From positions 5,693 to 69,692 of the forward strand of contig CAMCKD010000003.1 of assembly GCA_945875335.1 (NCBI GenBank): a DNA stretch of 64,000 bases, in the 5' to 3' direction. The notes below the pieces were generated by a model that did no database searches, had not been told where the DNA came from, and saw only the letters and a program-made list of their open reading frames with translations. The translations under genes were made by a program, and so were the position numbers. This document shows positions 45,657-54,563 of this stretch, piece after piece (positions within the stretch are counted from its first letter, which is position 1; the number at the start of each line of letters is the position of its first letter). The stretch is from an uncultured Clostridia bacterium. GTDB lineage: Bacteria > Bacillota > Clostridia > Oscillospirales > Oscillospiraceae.

Positions 45657-46068
45657 GATTGTTCACACTCCATTCGTTATTTTGAAAATACACCGCTCAA
45701 AAAGCGGTCGTAGTTGGGTTTCTTCCTGACTACATTATAAAAAGAACGAGACCTCAACAGAAGTCTCGTTTGGTTTATCAGTTTATACTTAAAGGTTATA
45801 ACTCTTTTGCCTTGATATGCAAGGATTATCCCAGCACCTTTTTCAGCGCCGTCAGGAAACGGTTCACCGTATCCGACGGTGTTCTGGAATGGAGCAGCCC
45901 ATAGGGAATGGAATGATTCCAATCCACAGGAATGACCTTGAGCAGCGGATGAACGTTGTCCCAGACCTGAACCGCCAGCAAAACATTTGATATACTAAAA
46001 TCTTTCGGAAAATCAAGAAATTATCACCGAAATTTTAATTCAAAACATCTGCAGCCTCAAGTGTCACA

Positions 46069-46108
46069 AACGCCCCCTTTGATGTGCGGCGGTGCATCAG
46101 AAGGGGGG
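46069..46108 (-). terminator. hairpin terminator downstream of the patatin-like gene
   Basis: CCCCCTTTGATG / CATCAGAAGGGGG imperfect stem; on the minus strand followed by CGTTTGTG. Confidence 0.5.
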
Positions 46109-46115
46109 CATTTTC

Positions 46116-47156
46116 TTATTCCTTGATTCCGAAGTATTCCCGAATTGTGGGGAGCATCAGCTTGGCATCGGCTCGGCCCAGCAGATACAGGGCGCCGAGA
46201 CGCTCCATATCCCCTTCCAGGGTGGATACGCTGATGGAGCCGGAGGGGCAGAGCATCAGCACCTTCCCCTGCCGCTGCAATTCCTCCAACTCTGAGATGG
46301 CAGTGTTGTACTGCTCGCTCTGGCTGTTCAGCCGCTCCACCAGATTGGGGTAATTCCGATAAATTCGCTCGGTCAGCTCCATAAACTGTTTGCTCTCCGG
46401 GGGACGACGGTAATCGGCAGGGCGGGTGCGAATCACCAGGATTTTCTCAAAGCCATTGTCCAGGGCCCACTGGTAGGGAATCTTCACCACACAGCCCCCA
46501 TCCAGGCAGGGAACACCGTCCACCTCCACCATATCGGACACAAAGGGCATGGATGCGCTGGCCTGCACCGCTTTTTGGAAATCCGGGGTGACGCCCTTTT
46601 CGCAGTAGATGACCTGGCCCGTCTCGCAGTTGGTCACCGTCACCAGAAGGCGGCGGCTGGGGTCTTCAAACCGCTCCCGATTAAAGGGGATTTCCTCCTC
46701 TACCTCATTGAGCAGGAAGTCAAAGCCCACCACGCCGCGGTTCTTTGCCAGGGTGCGGGGGCCAAAATACCGCCGGTCATGCCGGTAGGCCAGGTTGATT
46801 TTTCCTGCCCGGCCGATTTCGCCCGCCACATAGTTATAACCGTTCAAGGCACCGGCAGAGGTGCCGATGGTGGTTTGAAGATTGATGCCGTTTTCCATCA
46901 GCACATCCAGCACCCCGGAGGTATAGCAGCCACGGAAGGAGCCCCCCTCCAGCACGATGCACCCGGGCACGATCCGTTCAGGGGCGGAGGATTGTTGGAT
47001 GGAATCGATGCCCGACCAGGTTTTCTTTCTGTCCCGGTCATCCATCAAATTGATGGCCTCGTCCAAAAGCCTGTCCGTCTCCGATTTGATGCCGCTGATC
47101 ACCGCCTGACCGTTGCGCATCACCTGTTCGGTCAGCTTTTCCAGTTCTTCCCTCAT
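46116..47156 (-). CDS. patatin-like phospholipase family protein
   Basis: GGSFRGCYTSGVLDVL oxyanion motif and GTSAGA nucleophile elbow; AGGAGG RBS. Confidence 0.85.
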   Translation of the reverse strand: MREELEKLTEQVMRNGQAVISGIKSETDRLLDEAINLMDDRDRKKTWSGIDSIQQSSAPERIVPGCIVLEGGSFRGCYTSGVLDVLMENGINLQTTIGTSAGALNGYNYVAGEIGRAGKINLAYRHDRRYFGPRTLAKNRGVVGFDFLLNEVEEEIPFNRERFEDPSRRLLVTVTNCETGQVIYCEKGVTPDFQKAVQASASMPFVSDMVEVDGVPCLDGGCVVKIPYQWALDNGFEKILVIRTRPADYRRPPESKQFMELTERIYRNYPNLVERLNSQSEQYNTAISELEELQRQGKVLMLCPSGSISVSTLEGDMERLGALYLLGRADAKLMLPTIREYFGIKE

Positions 47157-47272
47157 GGTTCAATCCTCCTACTGTCCTCTTACTGACGCAATCTTTTCAT
47201 ATGGAATATTACGATATTGAAGAATATTTGTCAAGGGCATAAAATATGCGGACTGAACCCTTGGAAGAAGAA

Positions 47273-47303
47273 ACCCCCTCAGCCCGCTGGGAGCTGAGAG
47301 GGT
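47273..47303 (-). terminator. hairpin downstream of the permease gene
   Basis: CCCCCTCAGC / GCTGAGAGGG stem. Confidence 0.45.
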
Positions 47304-47346
47304 TTGAAAAATGGCGGAAGATATGATAAACTAAGAACGTGATGAA

Positions 47347-48723
47347 TTATTTTGCCCGGGAGCCGAAGTTGACCACGGCGGTATCGCCCTGCTCGTTGGC
47401 GCCGAACTCATAGTCCTTGCCGGGCAGCACGGCGTTCATGATGACGCCCACAAGAGCAGCCATCGCCAGGCCGGACAGGGTGACGGTGACGGAACCGATT
47501 GCGAAGCTGATGCCGCCCTTGTAGCTCATGCCGATGCCGATGCCCAGCATCATGGCGGCAATCAGGACGTTGCGGCTCTTGGTGAAATCCACCTGGTTCT
47601 CCACAATATTGCGGACACCCACAGCAGAGATCATGCCGTACAGCACCAGGCTGACACCGCCCAGGGTCGCAAAGGGCATTGCCACGATCAGGGCAGAGAA
47701 CTTGGGGCAGAAGCTGAGAACCACAGCAAAATAGGCAGCCAGGCGAACCACCTTGGGATCGTAAACTCTGCTCAAAGCCAGCACGCCGGTGTTCTCGCCG
47801 TAGGTAGTGTTGGCGGGAGCGCCGAAGAGGGAGGCCGCCACGGTTGCCAGGCCGTCACCCAGCAGGGTGCGGTGCAGGCCGGGGTTTTCCACAAAGTTGC
47901 GGCCCACGGTGGAGGAAATGGCGCAAACATCGCCCACATGCTCCATCATAGTAGCCAGGGAGATGGGCACGATGGTGATGATGGCGGTAGCCAGCAGGCC
48001 GCCGTCGAAGTTTTCGCCAAAGATGGAGAAAACGGTATTCTTATAGTGGACAGGCAGGCCAATCCAGGCAGCCTCGCTGACCAGCTGCACCAGCTTCTCC
48101 CGGCTGGAAGCATCCACGATCATGGAGAACACATAGGAGCCCACAACACCCAGCAGGATGGGGATGATCTTCACCATACCCTTGCCCCAGATGTTGGCCA
48201 CCACAACGATTACAATGGCCACCAGGGCAACCCACCAGTTGCTGGCGCAGTTATCAATTGCAGAGCCGGCCAGGGACATACCAATGCAGATGATCATGGG
48301 GCCGGTGACAATGGGCGGGAAGTAGCGCATGACCTTCTTAGCGCCGAAGGTCTTGAAGAGAGCCGCAACAATCAGGTACATCATACCCGCGCAGGCCACA
48401 CCGGCGCAGGCATAGGGCAGCAGGTCGGTGCCGGTGACGCCATATGCAGAGGTTGCGCCAACGATGGCGAAGTAGCCGCCCAGGAATGCAAAGGAGGAGC
48501 CCAGGAACGCGGGAACCTTCATGCCCGTGATGAAATGGAACAGGAGGGTACCCAGTCCTGCGAACAGCAGGGTGGTCGCTACATCCAAACCGGTGAGCGC
48601 AGGAACCAGAACCGTTGCGCCGAACATGGCGAACAGGTGCTGCACGCCCAGGACAAGCTGCTTGGGAGTGCCCAGCGTGCTGGCATCATAGACAGCATCG
48701 GTGGTCTTTTCAGGTTTTGCCAT
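47347..48723 (-). CDS. NCS2-family uracil/xanthine permease (UraA/PyrP-like)
   Basis: LVLGVQHLFAMFGATVLVP signature; start chosen at MAKPEKT (48723) behind AAGGAAG. Confidence 0.85.
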   Translation of the reverse strand: MAKPEKTTDAVYDASTLGTPKQLVLGVQHLFAMFGATVLVPALTGLDVATTLLFAGLGTLLFHFITGMKVPAFLGSSFAFLGGYFAIVGATSAYGVTGTDLLPYACAGVACAGMMYLIVAALFKTFGAKKVMRYFPPIVTGPMIICIGMSLAGSAIDNCASNWWVALVAIVIVVVANIWGKGMVKIIPILLGVVGSYVFSMIVDASSREKLVQLVSEAAWIGLPVHYKNTVFSIFGENFDGGLLATAIITIVPISLATMMEHVGDVCAISSTVGRNFVENPGLHRTLLGDGLATVAASLFGAPANTTYGENTGVLALSRVYDPKVVRLAAYFAVVLSFCPKFSALIVAMPFATLGGVSLVLYGMISAVGVRNIVENQVDFTKSRNVLIAAMMLGIGIGMSYKGGISFAIGSVTVTLSGLAMAALVGVIMNAVLPGKDYEFGANEQGDTAVVNFGSRAK

Positions 48724-48740
48724 AGAAAAATCTTCCTTTC

Positions 48741-48788
48741 TTTTTTTGAAAAAGGAGGAATCGATGCGTAAAATGCGCCGATTCCTCC
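48741..48788 (-). terminator. leader terminator/attenuator between promoter and permease start
   Basis: Minus strand GGAGGAATCG-N15-CGATTCCTCC followed by TTTTTC; lies 18..65 nt upstream of the ATG. Confidence 0.6.
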
Positions 48789-48810
48789 TTCCCCGGTTTT
48801 GTTCTCTGAC

Positions 48811-48839
48811 AGTATACTCCCATTTCCGCCGAAAAGCAA
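48811..48839 (-). promoter_or_regulatory. sigma-A-type promoter (TTGCTT-17-TATACT)
   Basis: Minus strand: -35 at 48839..48834, -10 at 48816..48811. Confidence 0.5.
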
Positions 48840-48938
48840 GGAAAAACCGCCCCATATGTTGCCAAATTATGAACTGCTCATGACGGGAGTTTTGGTGAAT
48901 ATATCAGAAATGCCGCTCGGTTTCACGCAGCAATTCGA

Positions 48939-49158
48939 GAAATTGTTGTTTATCGCACCCTTGCCCTCCCCTCTGGGGAGGGTGGCCGAGCGCTAGCGAG
49001 GTCGGGAGAGGTGTCGTCGGTTAAATCGTACCAGTAACCAACGTTTGACACCCCCTCAGCCCCAGTGTGCGCTACTTCAGCAGCTCCCCCAGAGGGGGGA
49101 GCCAAGGGTACTCTGCAAACAACAATTTACTTCTTTGCTGAGTCCAGCCGATAGGAAC
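48939..49158. repeat. type-1 MITE-like repeat, copy R3
   Basis: AAATTGTTGTTTATCGCACCCTTGCCCTCCCCTCTGGGGAGGG...GCTCCCCCAGAGGGGGGAGCCAAGGG..CAAACAACAATTTAC plus flank ..GCTGAGTCCAGCCGATAGGAAC shared with R1. Confidence 0.75.
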
Positions 49159-49240
49159 GGAAATTATTTCAAAACAGCGTGACCGGCGGGCGGTTTTTTT
49201 CGTTTATAGAAGTAAGTGAGAAAGAGAGGAGATGTCCGAA

Positions 49241-49801
49241 ATGGAAGATCTGGATATCGTCGAGCTGTATTGGCAGCGGTCGGAAGAGGCCATTGTACAG
49301 ACCGACCGGAAATACGGGCGATACTGCCGCACCATTGCCTATAACATCCTGCAAGACGACTGCGACAGCGACGAATGCGTCAATGATACTTATTTGAAGG
49401 CCTGGGGAATCATCCCGCCCCGGCGGCCCTCCCTGCTGTCGGCGCTGCTGGGGAAGATCACACGGAATCTGGCCCTGGATCGGTGCCGCTACAGTCAGGC
49501 GGAAAAGCGGGGCGGTGGGCAAAGACTGCTGGCATTAGAGGAGCTGTCCCAGTGCATCCCCAGTGGCGGCGGCGAGGATGAAGTCATCGAAAACCGGTTG
49601 CTGACGGAGCTATTAAATCGATTCCTTGCCTCCCTGCCCCAGCAGAATCGGCAGGTGTTTCTGCTGCGGTACTGGTATCTATGCAGCGTCAAACAGATTG
49701 GGCAGCAGCTCGGAATGTCGGAAAGCGGCGTGAAAATGTCCCTGCTGCGGTCACGGCGGCAGCTGAAAGCGCTTTTGGAAAAGGAAGGTGTTTGTCTGTG
49801 A
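49241..49801 (+). CDS. ECF-type RNA polymerase sigma-70 family factor
   Basis: Region 2 (DECVNDTYLKAW) and region 4 (LPQQNRQVFLLRYWYLCSVKQIGQQLGMSESGVKMSLLRSRRQL); ATG 49232 is too close to the RBS, so 49241 is preferred. Confidence 0.8.
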   Translation: MEDLDIVELYWQRSEEAIVQTDRKYGRYCRTIAYNILQDDCDSDECVNDTYLKAWGIIPPRRPSLLSALLGKITRNLALDRCRYSQAEKRGGGQRLLALEELSQCIPSGGGEDEVIENRLLTELLNRFLASLPQQNRQVFLLRYWYLCSVKQIGQQLGMSESGVKMSLLRSRRQLKALLEKEGVCL

Positions 49802-51300
49802 AAAAGGAAGAGCGGCTGCTGCGGGCTTTGGGCAATGTGCGCGACAGCTATGTGGCGGAGGTAGCCCGTTATGTGGGCGGCCCCCAAGGGGAGCAGCTGG
49901 TGAAGCCCAAAAGGAAGAAATGGCCCCGGCTTGTGGGCCTGACGGCGGCAGCGGCGGCGGTGGTGGTTACCGGGGCGCTGAGCCTGAATCTGCTGGCGAA
50001 CCGTCCCACCCAGTCCGACTTCACGCCCCTGTCCAACACGCTTCAAATATCCAACATGACCGTCCGTCGTGTGACATTCGTCACCTCCCAGACCCAGAAT
50101 CCACGGCCCATTGAGCAGGTTCAGGTGTCCCTGGGCGATGAAGTGGTGCAGACCATTGACAAAAGCGACCTGCCCGAAATCGTTCAAGGCAGCAACGAGG
50201 GACTGTTCCTCAGCCTGGTTCCGATTGATGATCTGCCCAGCGACATTCCCGGCTGCAACCAGGGGCTTTTCTATCAGGATGAGGATGGTCGGCTTGTCCG
50301 CAGCGATGTGGATTACCGGGATGTGAATTTTGACGGCTATAATGATTTGGGCCTGGCGGCGGTGGACGGCTACCCGGAGAACCTGTCCTACAACTACTTC
50401 CTCTGGAACCCGGAAACCGAGGAATTTGAATACGGCTTCACCCTCTACGGCGGTGCAGCCCTGGAGGTAGACGAAAGCCGGAAGCTGCTGATTGAGCACA
50501 CGATGGGCAATGGTGAAGAATTCCTGTGCTACTACTATTTTGCCAGCGGCCATCTCTGCTCCGTTATCCCGGAAATGCTGGAGCAGTTCGATTCCTGGCC
50601 CGCGTTCACGTTTCAGTGCGATACCCAGAGACTGAGCATCGGTCTGGGACTTGGAGGACTGAATATCAGCCCAAAGGCTGGGGAACAGAGAGATATCGTC
50701 AATGACGTTACCATTGAGTTTTTGCCCGGGATTCTCCCCGATGCCGCCATGGAGCAGAGCCGAAAACTGTTAGCCGACGACCAGACCGCCATCCACCAGG
50801 ATCAGGAAACCGGCGTCTACTCCTTCCATTATGAACGTAACTCCCAGGTGATAGAGGTATACATCCACAGCGCCGGCAGCTTGGGCTCCTACCGGATTAC
50901 ATCCATGTATGGACTTGAGGATGGCTGGGGCGGCGTTTTCCAGGAGATTTGTGACAGCTTCACCTGTCCCCTGTCCGAATCGGCCTATCCCGAGGCGGAG
51001 AAGGTGATTATGGACTTTGCCGAGGGCTATTTCAGCGGCAACCGCATCACCATGCTTGCCAATTACTATGGCGACAGCCAGGATTTACAGGATGTCTACA
51101 CCCAGGATGCCAGCCGGGTGCGGATCGTATCCTTGCAGGGGCTGGACGGGCTGGAGGATTGGATTGAAAAGGACGGCTTCGCCCATGTGTCCCTGGCCTT
51201 CCTGGAAACGGAGCAGGACGATTCCTATTCCTACCTCTCTATGGAGGTCATGAAAACCCAGGCAGGCTACCGGGTCACCTTCTACGGACTGGAAAAATAG
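49798..51300 (+). CDS. putative anti-sigma / membrane-anchored protein with large extracytoplasmic domain
   Basis: GTG start overlapping the sigma stop (GTGA); single TM WPRLVGLTAAAAAVVVTGALSLNLLA; no recognisable catalytic motifs. Confidence 0.55.
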   Translation: MKKEERLLRALGNVRDSYVAEVARYVGGPQGEQLVKPKRKKWPRLVGLTAAAAAVVVTGALSLNLLANRPTQSDFTPLSNTLQISNMTVRRVTFVTSQTQNPRPIEQVQVSLGDEVVQTIDKSDLPEIVQGSNEGLFLSLVPIDDLPSDIPGCNQGLFYQDEDGRLVRSDVDYRDVNFDGYNDLGLAAVDGYPENLSYNYFLWNPETEEFEYGFTLYGGAALEVDESRKLLIEHTMGNGEEFLCYYYFASGHLCSVIPEMLEQFDSWPAFTFQCDTQRLSIGLGLGGLNISPKAGEQRDIVNDVTIEFLPGILPDAAMEQSRKLLADDQTAIHQDQETGVYSFHYERNSQVIEVYIHSAGSLGSYRITSMYGLEDGWGGVFQEICDSFTCPLSESAYPEAEKVIMDFAEGYFSGNRITMLANYYGDSQDLQDVYTQDASRVRIVSLQGLDGLEDWIEKDGFAHVSLAFLETEQDDSYSYLSMEVMKTQAGYRVTFYGLEK

Positions 51301-51346
51301 GACAAACTCCGCCAGACGCAATAGGCTGGCTTAACATACACGCCAT

Positions 51347-51493
51347 CGTAGGGGCGGCTACCAGCCGCCCGCGCAGTACAAACTGACAATTACAACAAAT
51401 GTCGGGCGAATTCGTACCAGTTTCCCGCATTTATACCATTCAACCAAACACTCAATTTACCAACCTGGCGGGCGGCTGGTAGCCGCCCCTACA
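51347..51493. repeat. type-2 MITE-like repeat, copy R4 (solo)
   Basis: GTAGGGGCGGCTACCAGCCGCCCGCGCAG...GCGAATTCGTACCAGTTT...CTGGCGGGCGGCTGGTAGCCGCCCCTAC; homologous to the core of R1/R5. Confidence 0.7.
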
Positions 51494-51597
51494 ATGGCTT
51501 GTTCAATCATCAACAATCGATAAGTGTGCTGACCCTCCTAAAAAATCAGCGGCTGACCGGGTATGGTCAGCCGCGATTTGTTTTATGGGTTATTTTA

Positions 51598-52818
51598 TTA
51601 GCTCTGCTTGCGCTTGGAAACCACGTCGAAGATGACGGCGGCCAGCAGAACCAGGCCCTTGACCACCTTCTGGTAGTTGGCATCCACGCCCATGATGGAC
51701 ATACCGATGTTGATAACGCCCATCAGAATGGCGCCGATGATAACGCCGGGAACAGTGCCGATGCCGCCGTAGGCAGAAGCGCCGCCGATGAAGCAGGAGC
51801 CGATGGCGTCCATCTCATAGTTCTGGCCGTAGGTGGGCTGGGCAGAGGTCAGCCGGGCGATGGTAAGCATACCGGCAAAGGCTGCCAGCAGGCCCATGTT
51901 GGCATAGGCGATGAAATAAATCTTGTTGGTATTGATGCCGGAGAGCTTGGTTGCCAGCTCATTGCCGCCAACCGCATAGAAGTGACGGCCAATGGTGGTC
52001 TTGGAGGTGATGTAGGAATAGATGGCAATGATCAGCGCCACCCAGATCAGCGCGGTGGGCAGACCCTTGTGCTTTGCCAGCTTATAGGAGAAGAAGGCAA
52101 TCAGCGCCACGATGATCACGGACTTGATGACGGTGGACAGAAGAGAAGCGACCTCGTAGCCCTTCTTCAAACGGTTGGCACGGCCGATGAAGGTGACCGC
52201 CACAAAGATGACAGCAGCCACAGCGGCAACCACCAGGCAGAGGATATTGATGCCCTCGCCATGGAAAATATCGGGGACATAGCAGTCAGCGCCGCCGCCG
52301 AAGAGGCGGACAAAGGCAGCATCCTTCACGGCCAAGGTCTTGCCCTGGAGCACCACGTTGGACAGGCCGCGGAAGACAAGCATACCGGCCAGGGTGGTGA
52401 TGAAGGGAGGCACCTTCACATAGGCAATCCAGAAAGCCTGCCAGGAGCCGATGGCCAGACCGATTGCAAGCATGGCAATCACGGCAATCCACATATTCAT
52501 GCCCTTGCTCATCATGACGGCACCGATGGCGCCTACGAAGCAGACCACGGAGCCAACGGACAGGTCGATGTTGCCGCCGGTGAGGATGCACAGCAGCATG
52601 CCGGTGGCCAGCACGAACACATAGGCGTTCTGAGCGAAGAGGTTATTGATGTTCTGAGGCAGCAGGATTTTACCCTTGGTCTGCCAGGTGAAGAAAGCAG
52701 CCACCAGCACCAGAACCAGCACCATAGTATACTTCTGCACAAAGTCCAGCACGGACTTCCTGCTCAGGGGGGAAGCCTGCGCTTCCTTAGAAACATCCAA
52801 TGTTACATCCTTTTTCAT
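51598..52818 (-). CDS. sugar ABC transporter permease (GguB/XylH-like)
   Basis: 406 aa polytopic protein downstream of a two-domain ATPase; AAGGAG RBS. Confidence 0.85.
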   Translation of the reverse strand: MKKDVTLDVSKEAQASPLSRKSVLDFVQKYTMVLVLVLVAAFFTWQTKGKILLPQNINNLFAQNAYVFVLATGMLLCILTGGNIDLSVGSVVCFVGAIGAVMMSKGMNMWIAVIAMLAIGLAIGSWQAFWIAYVKVPPFITTLAGMLVFRGLSNVVLQGKTLAVKDAAFVRLFGGGADCYVPDIFHGEGINILCLVVAAVAAVIFVAVTFIGRANRLKKGYEVASLLSTVIKSVIIVALIAFFSYKLAKHKGLPTALIWVALIIAIYSYITSKTTIGRHFYAVGGNELATKLSGINTNKIYFIAYANMGLLAAFAGMLTIARLTSAQPTYGQNYEMDAIGSCFIGGASAYGGIGTVPGVIIGAILMGVINIGMSIMGVDANYQKVVKGLVLLAAVIFDVVSKRKQS

Positions 52819-52835
52819 CTGCTGATTCTCCTTTG

Positions 52836-54371
52836 TTATTTGTTGGTGGATTTCAGGATGGCACCCATGATCTTCTCCTGAGTGGCGTCCTGTCTGTCGA
52901 ATTCGCCCACGATACGGCCCTCATTGAGCACATAGATCCGGTCGCTCATGCCCAGAATTTCCGGCAGCTCGGAGGAAATGATGATCACGGATTTGCCCTC
53001 CGCCGCCAGCTGGTTGATGATGCAGTAGATTTCGTACTTGGCGCCCACATCGATGCCCCGGGTGGGCTCGTCCAGAATCAGAATATCGGGCTCGGTGAAC
53101 ATCCATTTTGCCAGCAGCACCTTCTGCTGGTTGCCGCCGGACAGGTTGCCCACCTTCTGCTCCACGGTGGGGCACTTGGTGCTGAGCTTCTTTTTGTAGT
53201 CCACGGCCACGGCATATTCCTTGTCCTGGTCGATGATGCCCCGGTTGGAAACGCCGTCCAGGTTTGCCAGCGTGGTATTGACCCGGATGGGATTGGAAAG
53301 AATCAAACCGCTTCCCTTCCGATCCTCCGTCACATAGGCCAGCCCATGCTTGATGGCATCCTTGACCTTGTGCATATGGACTTCCTGGCCATGGATGAAC
53401 ACCTGGCCGGAGATATTGGAGCCATAGCTGTGGCCGAACACGGACATGGCAAGCTCCGTTCTGCCCGCGCCCATCAGGCCGGAGATGCCCACGACCTCGC
53501 CCTTGCGGACGCAGAGGGAAACATCATCCACCACCTTTTTATCGGTGTAGATGGGGTGGTACACATTCCAGTTTTTGATTTCCATGGACACATCGCCGAT
53601 TTTCACGCCCTGGCGCTTGGGGAATCGGTCGGCGATCTCACGGCCGACCATGCCCTTGATGATGCGGTCCTCGCTGATGTCGTCCACGCCCTTGTGCAGC
53701 GTCTCGATGGTGTGGCCGTCCCGGATGACGGTGATGTCGTCCGCAACATAGGACACCTCGTTGAGCTTGTGGGAGATGATGATGGAGGTCAGGCCCTCTT
53801 CCTTAAATTTCAGCAGCAGATCCAGCAGCGCCTTGGAGTCCGTCTCATTCAGAGAGGAGGTGGGCTCGTCCAGAATCAGCAGCTTGGCGTTCTTCGCCAA
53901 TGCCTTGGCAATTTCCACCAGCTGCTGCTTGCCAACGCCGATGTCCTTGATAAGGGTGTGGGAGGATTCGGTGAGGCCAACGGCCCGCAGGTATTTGGTG
54001 GCCTCCGCATGGGTCTGGTTCCAGTCCACGGCATAGGGCTTGCCCTTTTCATTGCCCAGGAACATGTTCTCCGCAATGGTCATCTGAGGCACCAGGGCAA
54101 GCTCCTGATGGATGATGACGATGCCCAGAGATTCGCTGTCCTTGATTTTGGAGAATTTACAGACCTCTCCATTATAGATGATATCGCCGGAATAGGTGCC
54201 GTGGGGGTAAATACCGCTGAGAACCTTCATCAGGGTGGATTTACCGGCGCCGTTCTCACCGACCAGCGCGTGGATGGTGCCACGCTCCACCACCAGATTC
54301 ACGTCGTCAAGGGCCTTGACGCCGGGGAATTCCTTGGTGATGTTTTTCATTTCAAGAATAATGTCCGACAA
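52836..54371 (-). CDS. sugar ABC transporter ATP-binding protein (duplicated ATPase, GguA/MglA-like)
   Basis: GENGAGKST Walker A, LSGGNQQK signature, second cassette GLMGAGRTE; TTG start behind GGAGGCGG preferred over track ATG 54434. Confidence 0.85.
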   Translation of the reverse strand: MSDIILEMKNITKEFPGVKALDDVNLVVERGTIHALVGENGAGKSTLMKVLSGIYPHGTYSGDIIYNGEVCKFSKIKDSESLGIVIIHQELALVPQMTIAENMFLGNEKGKPYAVDWNQTHAEATKYLRAVGLTESSHTLIKDIGVGKQQLVEIAKALAKNAKLLILDEPTSSLNETDSKALLDLLLKFKEEGLTSIIISHKLNEVSYVADDITVIRDGHTIETLHKGVDDISEDRIIKGMVGREIADRFPKRQGVKIGDVSMEIKNWNVYHPIYTDKKVVDDVSLCVRKGEVVGISGLMGAGRTELAMSVFGHSYGSNISGQVFIHGQEVHMHKVKDAIKHGLAYVTEDRKGSGLILSNPIRVNTTLANLDGVSNRGIIDQDKEYAVAVDYKKKLSTKCPTVEQKVGNLSGGNQQKVLLAKWMFTEPDILILDEPTRGIDVGAKYEIYCIINQLAAEGKSVIIISSELPEILGMSDRIYVLNEGRIVGEFDRQDATQEKIMGAILKSTNK

Positions 54372-54563
54372 GTTACCGCCTCCGTAGCATGGATTTTTTC
54401 TGCCTTGAAAAGCACATTTTTGCGGCAAAAACATGAGGCATTTTTACCACAAAATCATGCTCTTCCCTATCATTCATAATTTATCCGCTCTTTTGGATAT
54501 TGGGCAAGACGCTTTCGCGCCTTGCCCAATGGATTCAATTCGTCAAAGGAAGTCTGTATGAAA

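Noticed and set aside
45677-45922. 81-aa minus-strand ORF
   Set aside because: No RBS or motifs. The region is better explained by a different frame that resembles a regulator C-terminal remnant, and by a hairpin at ~45745..45770.
48790-48810. PyrR binding loop in the uracil permease leader
   Set aside because: Only a partial match (GUCAGAGAAC against the UCCAGAGAGG core as I recall it), and no matching loop in the pyrC leader. Kept only as an open question.
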